This document shows, one piece after another, positions 18,129-27,430 of a DNA stretch of 64,000 nucleotides. Each line of letters begins with the position of its first letter. The stretch's first letter is position 1. Position numbers and translations under genes: made by a program. The DNA comes from a phage. The stretch lies in assembly GCA_025677605.1 (NCBI GenBank), contig GCA_025677605.1_4110.1, one strand, 5' to 3'. The notes under the pieces were generated by a model. That model searched no databases. It saw only the letters and a list, made by a program, of their open reading frames with translations, and was not told the origin of the DNA.

Positions 18129-18493
18129 GTATGGATAATCTCTTTTACCCCGTACTCCTGAATTGCTAATGTACAAATCTCACAAGGTTTTGCTGAAACT
18201 GGAATTCCATCTTTACTTACACGAGCGATAAGAAGAGTATGTACTTCAGCACGAGCAGCAAGAAGACACGAAATTTCAGCGTGTAAAAATTCCCCTTGAG
18301 GGCGACCAGCACGAATTGCAAAGCCTTTCTGCTTAGGGTGAGTCTGTGTGTAAGAGTTGGTACGAGTAGCCAGTACTCGACCTTTCTTATCCAGTGCACG
18401 AGCAATTACTCTATACCGTTTGTAATTGCCAACTTGTTCAATCGGCGGCATCTCACGGAGTTCTTCTACCAGTTTAAGCAATTTCGGGTTCAT
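18125..18493 (-). CDS. CDA-fold zinc deaminase-like protein (second deaminase, distinct from cd)
   Basis: 122 aa with HAE...PCEIC zinc-binding signature of cytidine/deoxycytidylate deaminase superfamily. Confidence 0.55.
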   Translation of the reverse strand: MNPKLLKLVEELREMPPIEQVGNYKRYRVIARALDKKGRVLATRTNSYTQTHPKQKGFAIRAGRPQGEFLHAEISCLLAARAEVHTLLIARVSKDGIPVSAKPCEICTLAIQEYGVKEIIHT

Positions 18494-19107
18494 ATGTTGT
18501 AGTCTATGCCTTTTCTAAGTGATTCCTCAAGCACCCATAGTTTACATTCCTCGGATTGTAAATGTTTGTTTGCCTCTTCTTGTTCTTCTATTGTACAAGT
18601 TTTGAGGAATTCTTTCAAGGCTTTTATTGTACCTTTAATGTTTTCAATATCACCTGGAATATAATCAAGTTCAATTTCAGATAATTTTGAGTTCTCCCAT
18701 GTGTTACGAAGTTCTGCTGGTTGGAACATTGATGAAGGAAAAGCACTTTTCGTCACTACACGCTGATGTACAGCATCATACTTAGCTTCCGCTTCTTCTT
18801 GTGTGTAATCACCGTACTTTTCTAGGATCTTGGTGTATAAATTATCAATTGCTTCTTCATATGTATCACCACCACAATCCAACTCGTACTCATGTCCACG
18901 AACGAACTTCCCTTCGTCTTCATCGAAAAACGGAGTTAGCATTTCGATCCAGTACTGTGTTTTTGTATTCAGTGCCGGATAATCTTCAATACGATTGGTG
19001 ATAGGACATACATCGTGTGGCTCAACATCAATGCGAGCATCAACGTAGTCTTTATTGATAAATTCAGGGTGTCCCAAAATCCACCAGTACTTTTGTGATG
19101 TTGTCAT
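18490..19107 (-). CDS. hypothetical protein
   Basis: 205 aa ORF, coupled to neighbours. Confidence 0.5.
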   Translation of the reverse strand: MTTSQKYWWILGHPEFINKDYVDARIDVEPHDVCPITNRIEDYPALNTKTQYWIEMLTPFFDEDEGKFVRGHEYELDCGGDTYEEAIDNLYTKILEKYGDYTQEEAEAKYDAVHQRVVTKSAFPSSMFQPAELRNTWENSKLSEIELDYIPGDIENIKGTIKALKEFLKTCTIEEQEEANKHLQSEECKLWVLEESLRKGIDYNI

Positions 19108-19114
19108 GATATCC

Positions 19115-19474
19115 TCAAATGTAACGTTTCTTTTTATAATCGTACCCTATTGCTTTGTAAAAGTCAAATAACGAAGCATGTTCAAACGTAGGTAATAGAT
19201 CATATGGGTGCTGATAGTTTGCAATGCCAACAATTTTAAGCATTGATACCGCAGTTCTTGCATTCTCTTCATCCCATTCGTCTAAACGCCAAAGGGAACA
19301 AAGTACTGCTCGTTCATGTTGCTTACCGAGAAAGAATTCAGCTTCACGGTCACGGAATGCACCTACGCTGATAGTACTTTTGTACCAGTCTTTCTCACCA
19401 TAAGCTGGTAGACGAATGATGTGCTTTTCTTCAGCTTTACCAAAACGATGTAGGAATGCAACATAATCACTCAT
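19115..19474 (-). CDS. hypothetical protein
   Basis: 119 aa ORF. Confidence 0.5.
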   Translation of the reverse strand: MSDYVAFLHRFGKAEEKHIIRLPAYGEKDWYKSTISVGAFRDREAEFFLGKQHERAVLCSLWRLDEWDEENARTAVSMLKIVGIANYQHPYDLLPTFEHASLFDFYKAIGYDYKKKRYI

Positions 19475-19496
19475 AGTTTATATCCCATTACGTCTT

Positions 19497-19730
19497 TCAT
19501 TGAGCATCCTTTGGGACTGTTGTTAAGCGTTTGCGGTTAACAATTTTGCGACACATAAGATTTAGATCCTGTCCGTGACGCATCTCATGACAGGCATAGA
19601 GTGTGCCATTATGATTCAGTTTAGTTAAGTCCTTACGGATCATTTCTGCATCCATCTCGTTAACTTTAGGTGCACAGCCTACGAGTAAGGTTGCCCCAGC
19701 AACTAAACAAGAAATGATAATCTTTTTCAT
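19497..19730 (-). CDS. small lipoprotein
   Basis: 77 aa; signal peptide MKKIIISCLVAGATLLVGC with lipobox LVGC. Confidence 0.55.
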   Translation of the reverse strand: MKKIIISCLVAGATLLVGCAPKVNEMDAEMIRKDLTKLNHNGTLYACHEMRHGQDLNLMCRKIVNRKRLTTVPKDAQ

Positions 19731-19733
19731 GAA

Positions 19734-19919
19734 TTAATCCTCTTTGCAAATGTATTGTAATTTTGTTTCACCATTAATGACATACATCTGATTACTTTCT
19801 AGTAAACAGTTATCTGGTGCTTCTTCAAACACTGAATAGTATTGTGTACTGTATTTAAAGTCCATTAGTGAACAAGATGATATTAACATTAATACTAATA
19901 CATATGCAAGTCTTTTCAT
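19734..19919 (-). CDS. small lipoprotein
   Basis: 61 aa; MKRLAYVLVLMLISSCS signal peptide with lipobox-like ISSC. Confidence 0.5.
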   Translation of the reverse strand: MKRLAYVLVLMLISSCSLMDFKYSTQYYSVFEEAPDNCLLESNQMYVINGETKLQYICKED

Positions 19920-19937
19920 GATTATTTTCCAATGTTT

Positions 19938-20588
19938 TTAAGTTTTGGTCTTAGCTAATGCAATCTGGATTCGTGTAATGAACTCACGCTCAATTTCATC
20001 GGCATTTGTACCTTGGTATTGCGTCTTGAATAGTTCCATAGCTTTAAGTGCCATTTGTACTGAAATGTCAGCAATGCTCTCAGTACTGGAATTGTCAAAT
20101 ACACATTTGAGGCTTAGTTCACCGTCACTTACATCATCTACTAAAATTGGCGTTTTGTTCTGTTCATCAATGTAACGCAACGCTTTGAACTCTGCTTTGG
20201 TTAGATTTTCATACCAACGTGGATGGTTGAACAAATCATACATTGTAACTTTCGCTGATTCCATGAGAAGCAATAGCTCTTCATTTCTGCGAATATGTTT
20301 TTCTTCACCTTTGTGATTTTTGTAAGCATATGCACAACGCATAATGGCTAAACGAACTTCACCTGCTTTGGTGATAGTATATGAATGTGTTGCATTATCA
20401 TAATCACTTTCCCATTGCTGTCCAGCGTATTCATACCAAAGAACATTAGTTTCCCATTTCAGGAAATCAAATTCCAATAAATTATCAATCAACTTAGCCA
20501 TATGACCAACGTATTCTCGGCTAATAATATTGAAAGAACCGTTATGTTTAGCGTGATACAGAATCTTTTCTTGAGTTACATTTTTCAT
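19938..20588 (-). CDS. hypothetical protein
   Basis: 216 aa ORF. Confidence 0.5.
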   Translation of the reverse strand: MKNVTQEKILYHAKHNGSFNIISREYVGHMAKLIDNLLEFDFLKWETNVLWYEYAGQQWESDYDNATHSYTITKAGEVRLAIMRCAYAYKNHKGEEKHIRRNEELLLLMESAKVTMYDLFNHPRWYENLTKAEFKALRYIDEQNKTPILVDDVSDGELSLKCVFDNSSTESIADISVQMALKAMELFKTQYQGTNADEIEREFITRIQIALAKTKT

Positions 20589-20916
20589 TACATGTAATCC
20601 TTGATATATTTTAGAAGTTTAGATTTCTCTTCAGTACTTAATGATTTCTTGTTCATTAAATGTTTCATTTCTTGACGTTCAATTTCTTCGCGACGTTGTG
20701 ATTCTAACTGCAAACGGATATTGTATTCTTCATCCGTTTCTTCTCGTGTCCAAATTACATTGTATCCATCGAAACCGCCGTAACCACCGTCTGGTGAAAG
20801 ACTAATGTGTCCCTTGTACTCTGCACGGTACTTATTAAGAGTGTCAATCAATGTATCAATACAACACTGTTCAATTTCAATATAGCCAATAACTACATCA
20901 ACATCAACTTTGCTCA
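20588..20916 (-). CDS. hypothetical protein
   Basis: track ORF 20588-21079 trimmed to ATG at 20916 (MSKVDVDV...), because the upstream part runs through a terminator hairpin and the preceding gene. Confidence 0.45.
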
Positions 20917-20931
20917 TAACGTTTAACCTAT

Positions 20932-20955
20932 AAAAATAGGGAGCATTAGCTCCCT
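20932..20955 (-). terminator. rho-independent terminator
   Basis: stem gggagc/gctccc with loop atta (stop codon of upstream gene in loop) followed on minus strand by U5. Confidence 0.5.
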
Positions 20956-21503
20956 TTGTATTGTTTTTTACGCTTAGTACTGTATTTCCAGCCAGTACTG
21001 TGTCTTGTTCTAAAATCGTCCCAATATGTCGGTAGTGAACGCATCTTGCGTTTTCCACGAATATCAGGTTCACCATCATCCTTCAGTACTACACACGCCA
21101 TACGACGCTCTTGTTGGGTCTTAGGACGTTTGTAGCGAGAATGGTTATGCTTGTACATGTAAGAGCGTTTGTGTCGCCATTCGGTGTCACGGGCCTTACG
21201 TTTATGTTCCCAGTACTCATTATAGAGAACCATGTATTCACCCATAAGTAAATCAGGCGATACTAATAAACCTTTTTCAGTACAGAGATAATAACCGACA
21301 AACTTTTCAGGATACATTTCGTAATAGAAACGATTTTTCCAGAATGATTCACGATTCTTCTTGTTGAACTCGGATAAATCAAATTTCATTTTGCTGTGAA
21401 ATAGTTCAACCCCTTCGTGGTCAGCAATATATTGTAGAAGATTATCAACAATCTCTACTTTTCCAGAATCATGGTACAACGTAAATGTTTGGTCAAAGAA
21501 CAT
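20946..21503 (-). CDS. hypothetical basic protein
   Basis: 185 aa; Lys/Arg-rich C-terminal third suggests nucleic-acid binding. Confidence 0.5.
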   Translation of the reverse strand: MFFDQTFTLYHDSGKVEIVDNLLQYIADHEGVELFHSKMKFDLSEFNKKNRESFWKNRFYYEMYPEKFVGYYLCTEKGLLVSPDLLMGEYMVLYNEYWEHKRKARDTEWRHKRSYMYKHNHSRYKRPKTQQERRMACVVLKDDGEPDIRGKRKMRSLPTYWDDFRTRHSTGWKYSTKRKKQYKGS

Positions 21504-21511
21504 ATTATTTT

Positions 21512-21539
21512 CTCCATTAAGTTAAAGTTCCTTAATGGA
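21512..21539 (-). promoter_or_regulatory. stem-loop overlapping the ribosome-binding site of the 185-aa gene
   Basis: 9-bp stem tccattaag/cttaatgga; the GGAG Shine-Dalgarno (plus 21512-21515) lies at the base of the stem. Confidence 0.35.
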
Positions 21540-21566
21540 AAGTCATGCGACCTCTGAAAGTATCTT

Positions 21567-22313
21567 TCATACATCCTCCTTGGGGTATAATTTTCTAAAT
21601 TCAGTCATCAGTTTGTTACGAATCGGTTTCGCATAATCAATAACAGCTTGTGCTTTTACATGATAATCACCATATGTTTCATCATATATCTTATAGATGT
21701 TGTCGCGAATGTTCAGCATTTCAAGCACATCAAACTCTTGTTTCATTGACGCAATATTCATTTCATGTTCAGTATTGGATCTGTACAGATTGTAATAATG
21801 CGTAATGATATAGATGAAGTGAATGCTATGCCAGATGTTCTTCAGTCCTAACATCTTATCGTAATCTTCCAGTACTGTCAACTTCTTTTTTCCTTTATTA
21901 AAGGCTTTATCTGATGCAGTACTGCAAATTTTACGAATCTCACTGTTACGGCGTGTCATCATAACCGAACCGATATGACCAAGGTACATCAAAAGATGAT
22001 TTGCACATTTCGGTACAATAGTACCAAAACCGATGGTATAGTATTTAACATCACCACGCATTAATTCGACACGAAGATGATTGAGAGTCATACATTCAAT
22101 ATTGACAGGTATATCAATACAATCTAATTTTACAGAGAACTCACCTTCTTCAAACTCTTCTGGTACTATATTAATAACATCAATATCATTTGGTAATTTG
22201 TCATCATACTTATACAAACAAAAAGTATTCCACGAACCATAGATAAATGGGCATTTATAACCAATTTTGATTAGTTCGGTGATGATTGCTTCGGTTTGTT
22301 TTTCAAGATCCAT
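21567..22313 (-). CDS. hypothetical protein, possible minimal nucleotidyltransferase
   Basis: 248 aa; IYGSWNTFCLYKYDDKLPNDIDV loosely fits GS...DxD; weak. Confidence 0.45.
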   Translation of the reverse strand: MDLEKQTEAIITELIKIGYKCPFIYGSWNTFCLYKYDDKLPNDIDVINIVPEEFEEGEFSVKLDCIDIPVNIECMTLNHLRVELMRGDVKYYTIGFGTIVPKCANHLLMYLGHIGSVMMTRRNSEIRKICSTASDKAFNKGKKKLTVLEDYDKMLGLKNIWHSIHFIYIITHYYNLYRSNTEHEMNIASMKQEFDVLEMLNIRDNIYKIYDETYGDYHVKAQAVIDYAKPIRNKLMTEFRKLYPKEDV

Positions 22314-22325
22314 AGTTTACCACCA

Positions 22326-22353
22326 ATAAAAAATCCCTGCCAATTGACAGGGA
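22326..22353 (-). terminator. rho-independent terminator
   Basis: stem tccctg/caggga with 8-nt loop, followed on minus strand by U-run (plus A-run 22326-22333). Confidence 0.5.
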
Positions 22354-22457
22354 TGAAAAACTTACTGAAATAACACATGGAGTTCTTTTTAAATTCATAA
22401 AAAGTATTATTATTCTTATGAAAGTATTTATTAAGAACTCCAAAAAAACGCGTTAAA

Positions 22458-22646
22458 TCAAAAACCTTTTTGTGCAACCAGTTCACGATATTGTGCACGT
22501 GTTAGTACACCTTGCTTACGTAGAGACTGAAGCCCACTTAAAGTTTCAGCTTTACGTAGCTCATAAGTGCGTTGTTCTTTGGATTGAATAACTTTCACTT
22601 TTTTAACTTTAACTTCTGGTTCTTTTTTCTTAGGTTGTTTAGCCAT
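22458..22646 (-). CDS. small basic protein
   Basis: 62 aa, Lys-rich N-terminus (MAKQPKKKEPEVKVKKVK). Confidence 0.45.
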   Translation of the reverse strand: MAKQPKKKEPEVKVKKVKVIQSKEQRTYELRKAETLSGLQSLRKQGVLTRAQYRELVAQKGF

Positions 22647-22714
22647 GATTTACTTCCTTCTTCGATAATGGTGTGTTCATTATAGCAATGAACACATTTA
22701 ATGTCAATAATAGA

Positions 22715-24154
22715 TTACATATTTTCTTCTGCAAACTCTGCAAGTGCAGAACGTACAACACCTTCCAATTCAATGATACGACACCCTTCCCAATCTTTGA
22801 ATTTTTCAGTTACATATGTCAAACCACTATTAACTGGACTAATAAACTTACTATCAATCTGTGCTAAGTTACCCATAATGATAACCTTACAGTTTTGACC
22901 TGCACGGGTAAGAATAGTTTTTGCCTGTGCAGGGGTGATGTTCTGGAATTCATCAACAATTAGAATTGTATTAGTAAAAGAACGACCACGAATAAAGTTC
23001 AATGCTTTAAACTGCATTACGTTACGTTTGAGAATCTCTTCAATGCTACCTTGTGGGTTAGCATCATCTTTGTGTAGATACTCTAGAGCATCGATTGCAG
23101 CCCCACAGAATGGGATGACCTTTTCAGCTTCAGAACCGGGTAAGAAACCAATTTCTTCAAATTGTGAATCTTGTGTTTTGGAGAAGATGATACGATCGTA
23201 TTTACGCTTCTCTAGTACTAATTCGAGTGAAGTAGCAACAGTAATCAATGTTTTACCAGTACCTGCTGAACCAAGTAGTACTGTCAAATGTACATCAGGG
23301 TCAAGAATACTGTTAATTGCTAGTGCCTGTTGAATATTCTTTGCTTTAATATCCCAAACTTTAGCACGAAGAGCGATACTTTGACCAATATCCTGGAATA
23401 CCAAAATATCTTCAGGTGTTAGTGAACCGTCTTCTTCTTCGATAGCAGATTGACCTTCGTATACGAATAGTACATCAGCATTATCATATAGATAATCACC
23501 AATACATAGATTATCTGGAAGAACATCTTGAATCAATGCGGTTGGAATATAGTGATATAGACGGCGACCTTCTTGTTGGGATTTAATTTCAGCATTGTTA
23601 ACTTCACTGAATGTTTTCCAGAAATCAATATCAAGGTGGTGCTGCCCAATATGAATCAACTCACTATCTTCGATTGCAACGTCATGACGGTAATCTTGTA
23701 CCTCAACACCGTAGCTCATTGCTTTGATACGCATGTTAATGTCGCGAGTTACCAGTACTGATTGTGATGCCAAAGCCACTAGAATGATTTTGTCATCTGG
23801 TACAGTACTTTTAAGTAGAGTTTCTACTTTATCTTCACTGCCGCCCATACGAATAAGTGCTTCAGCTTCTTCATTCGTCATAACGAATAGCTTACTGGAT
23901 GCATCCATATTTTTGTGGATATTGGCAATATTAACACCAGTACTGCTGATTTCTTCATGAGTAGCATCTTTCAAAATTGCATCGATGTTACGGATTGCGA
24001 AACGTGCATCACGTGATACGTCAACATTACGGCTCTTGATTGAATCAAGTTCTTCAAGAACAGTGAATGGTAGAATCACTGCTGCCCCATCAAATGCTAC
24101 GGTTGCATTTGGATCGGATAGTAGTACGTTTGTGTCAATTGTGTATTTTTTCAT
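22715..24154 (-). CDS. phoH: PhoH-family ATPase with N-terminal PIN domain (YlaK-like)
   Basis: Walker A GSAGTGKT; N-terminal PIN-like region; likely ATG at 24154 (MKKYTIDTN) with AGGA RBS. Confidence 0.75.
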   Translation of the reverse strand: MKKYTIDTNVLLSDPNATVAFDGAAVILPFTVLEELDSIKSRNVDVSRDARFAIRNIDAILKDATHEEISSTGVNIANIHKNMDASSKLFVMTNEEAEALIRMGGSEDKVETLLKSTVPDDKIILVALASQSVLVTRDINMRIKAMSYGVEVQDYRHDVAIEDSELIHIGQHHLDIDFWKTFSEVNNAEIKSQQEGRRLYHYIPTALIQDVLPDNLCIGDYLYDNADVLFVYEGQSAIEEEDGSLTPEDILVFQDIGQSIALRAKVWDIKAKNIQQALAINSILDPDVHLTVLLGSAGTGKTLITVATSLELVLEKRKYDRIIFSKTQDSQFEEIGFLPGSEAEKVIPFCGAAIDALEYLHKDDANPQGSIEEILKRNVMQFKALNFIRGRSFTNTILIVDEFQNITPAQAKTILTRAGQNCKVIIMGNLAQIDSKFISPVNSGLTYVTEKFKDWEGCRIIELEGVVRSALAEFAEENM

Positions 24155-24218
24155 AAAACATCCTTGAGTTATGAGCACATCCTTGTGCTCTACGGTAGAT
24201 TATAGACTCAGACACTTC

Positions 24219-24518
24219 TTATTGTGGCTCATAGTCAACGTAGCAGCGGTGACCGCGAGCCTTTTCTGTCCAGCATTCATTGTAAACAATTTGCCCAACT
24301 GAAACTGGTTTCCTTGATGCTCCATACTTAATAGACCCATCTTCAGTCTTATAAGTAAATGAACATGTATTTTCTTCACACTGCCCTATGTCAGTAACAA
24401 CAGCAGTACGGTAGTATATATCTCTGTGTTTGGTTTGATCTTGATGATAAAAGAACCAAAACCCAATAAGAAATATAATACTTGTGATTATAAAGCTTTG
24501 TATATGATGTTTTGTCAA
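24219..24518 (-). CDS. small membrane-anchored protein
   Basis: 99 aa with N-terminal hydrophobic segment IITSIIFLIGFWFFY and Cys-containing extracytoplasmic part. Confidence 0.5.
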   Translation of the reverse strand: MTKHHIQSFIITSIIFLIGFWFFYHQDQTKHRDIYYRTAVVTDIGQCEENTCSFTYKTEDGSIKYGASRKPVSVGQIVYNECWTEKARGHRCYVDYEPQ

Positions 24519-24847
24519 TTGTCCCCTCTCAAAAATCTAAAACCATTCTGTAAGTACGTGTCAATGTTGACCTTCCCTACAGGATTACTGCTATGGATGA
24601 TATAATCGAATTCAGTACTGATATTGTTTTCGACCATATAATCAATTAGAAATTTTGCAAATGAATACCCTGTCTTTTCATCCTCCCCAACATCACCTAA
24701 GTCATGATCGAAGCTAATAAATTGTGGTAAACCATGTTCATTTACATAAGCACATGCACTTTCATAATCACGACATAAAACCATGTTTTGATTTGGATAA
24801 TACTTTTCAGGATCACGAATATCATCCAGAAACATTGAGTAAGACAT
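24515..24847 (-). CDS. hypothetical protein
   Basis: 110 aa ORF, 4-nt overlap with downstream gene. Confidence 0.5.
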   Translation of the reverse strand: MSYSMFLDDIRDPEKYYPNQNMVLCRDYESACAYVNEHGLPQFISFDHDLGDVGEDEKTGYSFAKFLIDYMVENNISTEFDYIIHSSNPVGKVNIDTYLQNGFRFLRGDN

Positions 24848-24858
24848 TATAATTCACC

Positions 24859-25407
24859 TTATAAGTAACTAATCAGTAAATTCTCGGATTGAACAAGATG
24901 TTCTAATTCCATTTTAGCAGTTCCTATGAAGTTTTGTGTCATAAGATTATTATATCCTGCTTCTCGGTTTTGTCCCTTTGAATAACGAGAAATGTGACAT
25001 AAATTAACACCAGCCACTTCTGCACTTGCATGTTTAGCAGTACTGTATCCATCGCGAATCGCTTTCAATTCTTCGTAAGTAACTTCATAACTATAGCTAT
25101 GGGTATGTGCTCCTAGATATAGTTCGTAAGTTTTCAATGGTTTCAATTGTTCGATGAAAATATTATAATTCATCTCTTCCTGAATTTCACGGAATAGTGC
25201 ATCTTCTAAGGTGGCATCGGTATCTTCGACTGTTCCACCACAACCACCCAGTAAACCATCCCAACGAAGCTGGAGTAATACCAGATTCACAACAGGGATA
25301 TCATTTAATTCATAACCTTTATATGGGTTACAATTTCGAGCAAAGAAGTAACAGAATACAAAGTTTGCTCGTTTACCATACTCACCTAGAGGTACTTCTC
25401 GAATCAT
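24859..25407 (-). CDS. Nudix-like hydrolase (divergent Nudix box)
   Basis: GGCGGTVEDTDATLEDALFREIQEEMN resembles Nudix box G-x5-E-x7-REUxEExGU with a short insertion. Confidence 0.5.
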   Translation of the reverse strand: MIREVPLGEYGKRANFVFCYFFARNCNPYKGYELNDIPVVNLVLLQLRWDGLLGGCGGTVEDTDATLEDALFREIQEEMNYNIFIEQLKPLKTYELYLGAHTHSYSYEVTYEELKAIRDGYSTAKHASAEVAGVNLCHISRYSKGQNREAGYNNLMTQNFIGTAKMELEHLVQSENLLISYL

Positions 25408-26156
25408 TTCATTCTATCCTTAATGATAGTTTCCAGTACTGGAATCGCTTTTGTAGCTGGTTTTATAATTTTTTCATTGAACATGAAATCGTTATCATTT
25501 TTTCTGATGTTGATATTAATACTAAAGCATGGCAAACAAGCAACCAGATGTGACCATTTCAGTACTGTGTCACTGCTACCAATGACTACAACTGTATCAT
25601 CTTCTGTTAAGGATTGCAATACTAAATTACGCTCATCGTATATTGGGAGTTTTTCACCATCAACATAACGATAATATTCACCAATGAACACTACGTTTGG
25701 TTTCGCAAAGACACCTTCTTTCGGAATGTACGGTTCATAACCACAATCCACAATACTATAATCGTCACCACCAATTGTAAAATTCTCAATAACTTCTTTT
25801 AAATTACCATGTAACTTTAATTCATTGCCACCAATACGAGTATAGAGATCATCCATATTCGAAGTCATATGTAAAAAGTTATCACCGTATGTATCTTCTA
25901 GAGATTTGATATAATAATGCATATCATTAGGAACACAATCTTTCATTTTAACACGTAATGTGTTATAGAAAGTATGCACTAAATGGTACTTAGTACTAAG
26001 ACGTGCAATGTTACATACATCATTTATTTGAAATTGATCCCATAGGCCATCGTCCATGCGAAACGGTTCCATCCCACTTTCAACGGATAGACCTGCACCG
26101 GAAATAACCAATACACGTTTATTACCTTTATTTTTTATAAAAGAGTCAGAAATCAT
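25404..26156 (-). CDS. Sir2-family (sirtuin-like) NAD-dependent enzyme, no zinc-ribbon module
   Basis: GAGLSVESGMEPFR matches sirtuin NAD-binding motif GAG(I/L)S.ESGIP.FR; LHG catalytic-His motif; 4-nt stop/start overlap with Nudix gene. Confidence 0.75.
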   Translation of the reverse strand: MISDSFIKNKGNKRVLVISGAGLSVESGMEPFRMDDGLWDQFQINDVCNIARLSTKYHLVHTFYNTLRVKMKDCVPNDMHYYIKSLEDTYGDNFLHMTSNMDDLYTRIGGNELKLHGNLKEVIENFTIGGDDYSIVDCGYEPYIPKEGVFAKPNVVFIGEYYRYVDGEKLPIYDERNLVLQSLTEDDTVVVIGSSDTVLKWSHLVACLPCFSININIRKNDNDFMFNEKIIKPATKAIPVLETIIKDRMK

Positions 26157-26365
26157 AGCTTACCTACTGTACCTAATGAACTCAAATCGTATACAAATAA
26201 GATACACACAACCGAGATGACAATGTGATATATCATCCATCCATTGAATTTCTCTTTGTTTTTGATAATTTTATATATACATTTAATATTATTGTACGCT
26301 ACAACTGCTAGAAATACAACAACAAAATAAACAAAGCATAGTGAAAAGTAATTGATAGTTATCAT
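26153..26365 (-). CDS. small membrane protein (two predicted TM helices)
   Basis: 70 aa, two hydrophobic stretches. Confidence 0.45.
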   Translation of the reverse strand: MITINYFSLCFVYFVVVFLAVVAYNNIKCIYKIIKNKEKFNGWMIYHIVISVVCILFVYDLSSLGTVGKL

Positions 26366-26397
26366 AGTTATAATACTCTCCTTATTAAATTAATATA

Positions 26398-26422
26398 GGG
26401 GATTATAAGAATCCCCTTTTTT
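26398..26422. terminator. hairpin with T-run
   Basis: 7-bp stem ggggatt/aatcccc with loop ataag followed by T6 on the plus strand; A/T-rich on the other side. Confidence 0.35.
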
Positions 26423-26425
26423 GTA

Positions 26426-27028
26426 TTACAGCTTAGGATAGCTTAGTAAATCATACTCAGCACTAACGCTGGTAACATTATCACTTACAATTTTGAAGAT
26501 AGAATCGGTGCGATCAACCATCTTAACACCTGTTTCTTTTTGAACTTCAATATATGCTTGCATAGCTGCAATTGCATGATATGTACCACTACCAACAGAT
26601 GTAATTTGTGTCTTAGGTTGGAGTACTGAAAAATCCTCTTGAACTTCATAAATTGTATGATTATGAAGAATAATAAACTGTCCACCACCAACGTCTTGAG
26701 TTGTATCACGAGCACCCCATTCTTCTTTAAATAGTGTGCGAATACGTGGGATTACCTCAAGTACTAAGTACTGTGAGAATGTTTGGTTTGATTGCTGTTC
26801 AGGTAAATCAAGTTTATACGTCAGCAATTGTCCCATGCGGAAGCTCGACGTGTATCCCATTGCCATAACTTCTTTGGTGCGATTCAATCCACTTTCATCG
26901 ATTTTGATGAATTCTTTTTCAAACACTTTTGGTTCAGTTTGAATTGCTTTAGTGAAACCATTACTACCCAGTTTGTCACCCGCGATAAAAGATGTGTTAC
27001 CATCAGTGTAAGCAATAATACAAGTCAT
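26426..27028 (-). CDS. HslV/proteasome-beta-like Ntn-hydrolase
   Basis: N-terminus MTCIIAYTDGNTSFIAGD aligns with HslV TTIVSVRRNGHVVIAGD (Thr1 nucleophile); later SVGSGTYHAIAAMQA resembles the GSG...A motif. Confidence 0.6.
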   Translation of the reverse strand: MTCIIAYTDGNTSFIAGDKLGSNGFTKAIQTEPKVFEKEFIKIDESGLNRTKEVMAMGYTSSFRMGQLLTYKLDLPEQQSNQTFSQYLVLEVIPRIRTLFKEEWGARDTTQDVGGGQFIILHNHTIYEVQEDFSVLQPKTQITSVGSGTYHAIAAMQAYIEVQKETGVKMVDRTDSIFKIVSDNVTSVSAEYDLLSYPKL

Positions 27029-27039
27029 TGATATCTCCG

Positions 27040-27336
27040 TTATAAAAGATGCATTACATCTAAGATTGTGTACATGAAATACAATAGTAAACCCAAAATT
27101 ATGAGTAAAATTGTATACGAAATTTTAAAGAAATAATAAAAGTACTTTTCAGTTTTAGAAGAAAACTCACCATTTTCTTCAAGAAAACCACTCTTGAAAT
27201 CACTTGCCATAATCACTGATAAAAGAACAATGATTCCATATGTAACTATAGTAGCATAGAAGATGAACTCTGTCCAGCCTTGAAGATGTGATAATTCTGT
27301 CATTTTTTGTTTCCTTGGTTGATAATGTACAACCAT
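27040..27336 (-). CDS. small membrane protein
   Basis: 98 aa with several hydrophobic segments. Confidence 0.5.
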   Translation of the reverse strand: MVVHYQPRKQKMTELSHLQGWTEFIFYATIVTYGIIVLLSVIMASDFKSGFLEENGEFSSKTEKYFYYFFKISYTILLIILGLLLYFMYTILDVMHLL

Positions 27337-27430
27337 TATATCTTAAAATCGGGTGGCAGTACACCACCCTTAACCAAAATCATGAATTAGTATTAGGATT
27401 ATATCATTGCTTCATAAAAAATACAACTTT

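Noticed and set aside
22271-22498. 75-aa ORF spanning the gap between two minus-strand genes
   Set aside because: Runs straight through a terminator hairpin and overlaps both neighbours; no RBS.
22935-24167. Several plus-strand ORFs (60-132 aa) within the phoH region
   Set aside because: All lie antisense inside the PIN-PhoH gene and have low-complexity translations.
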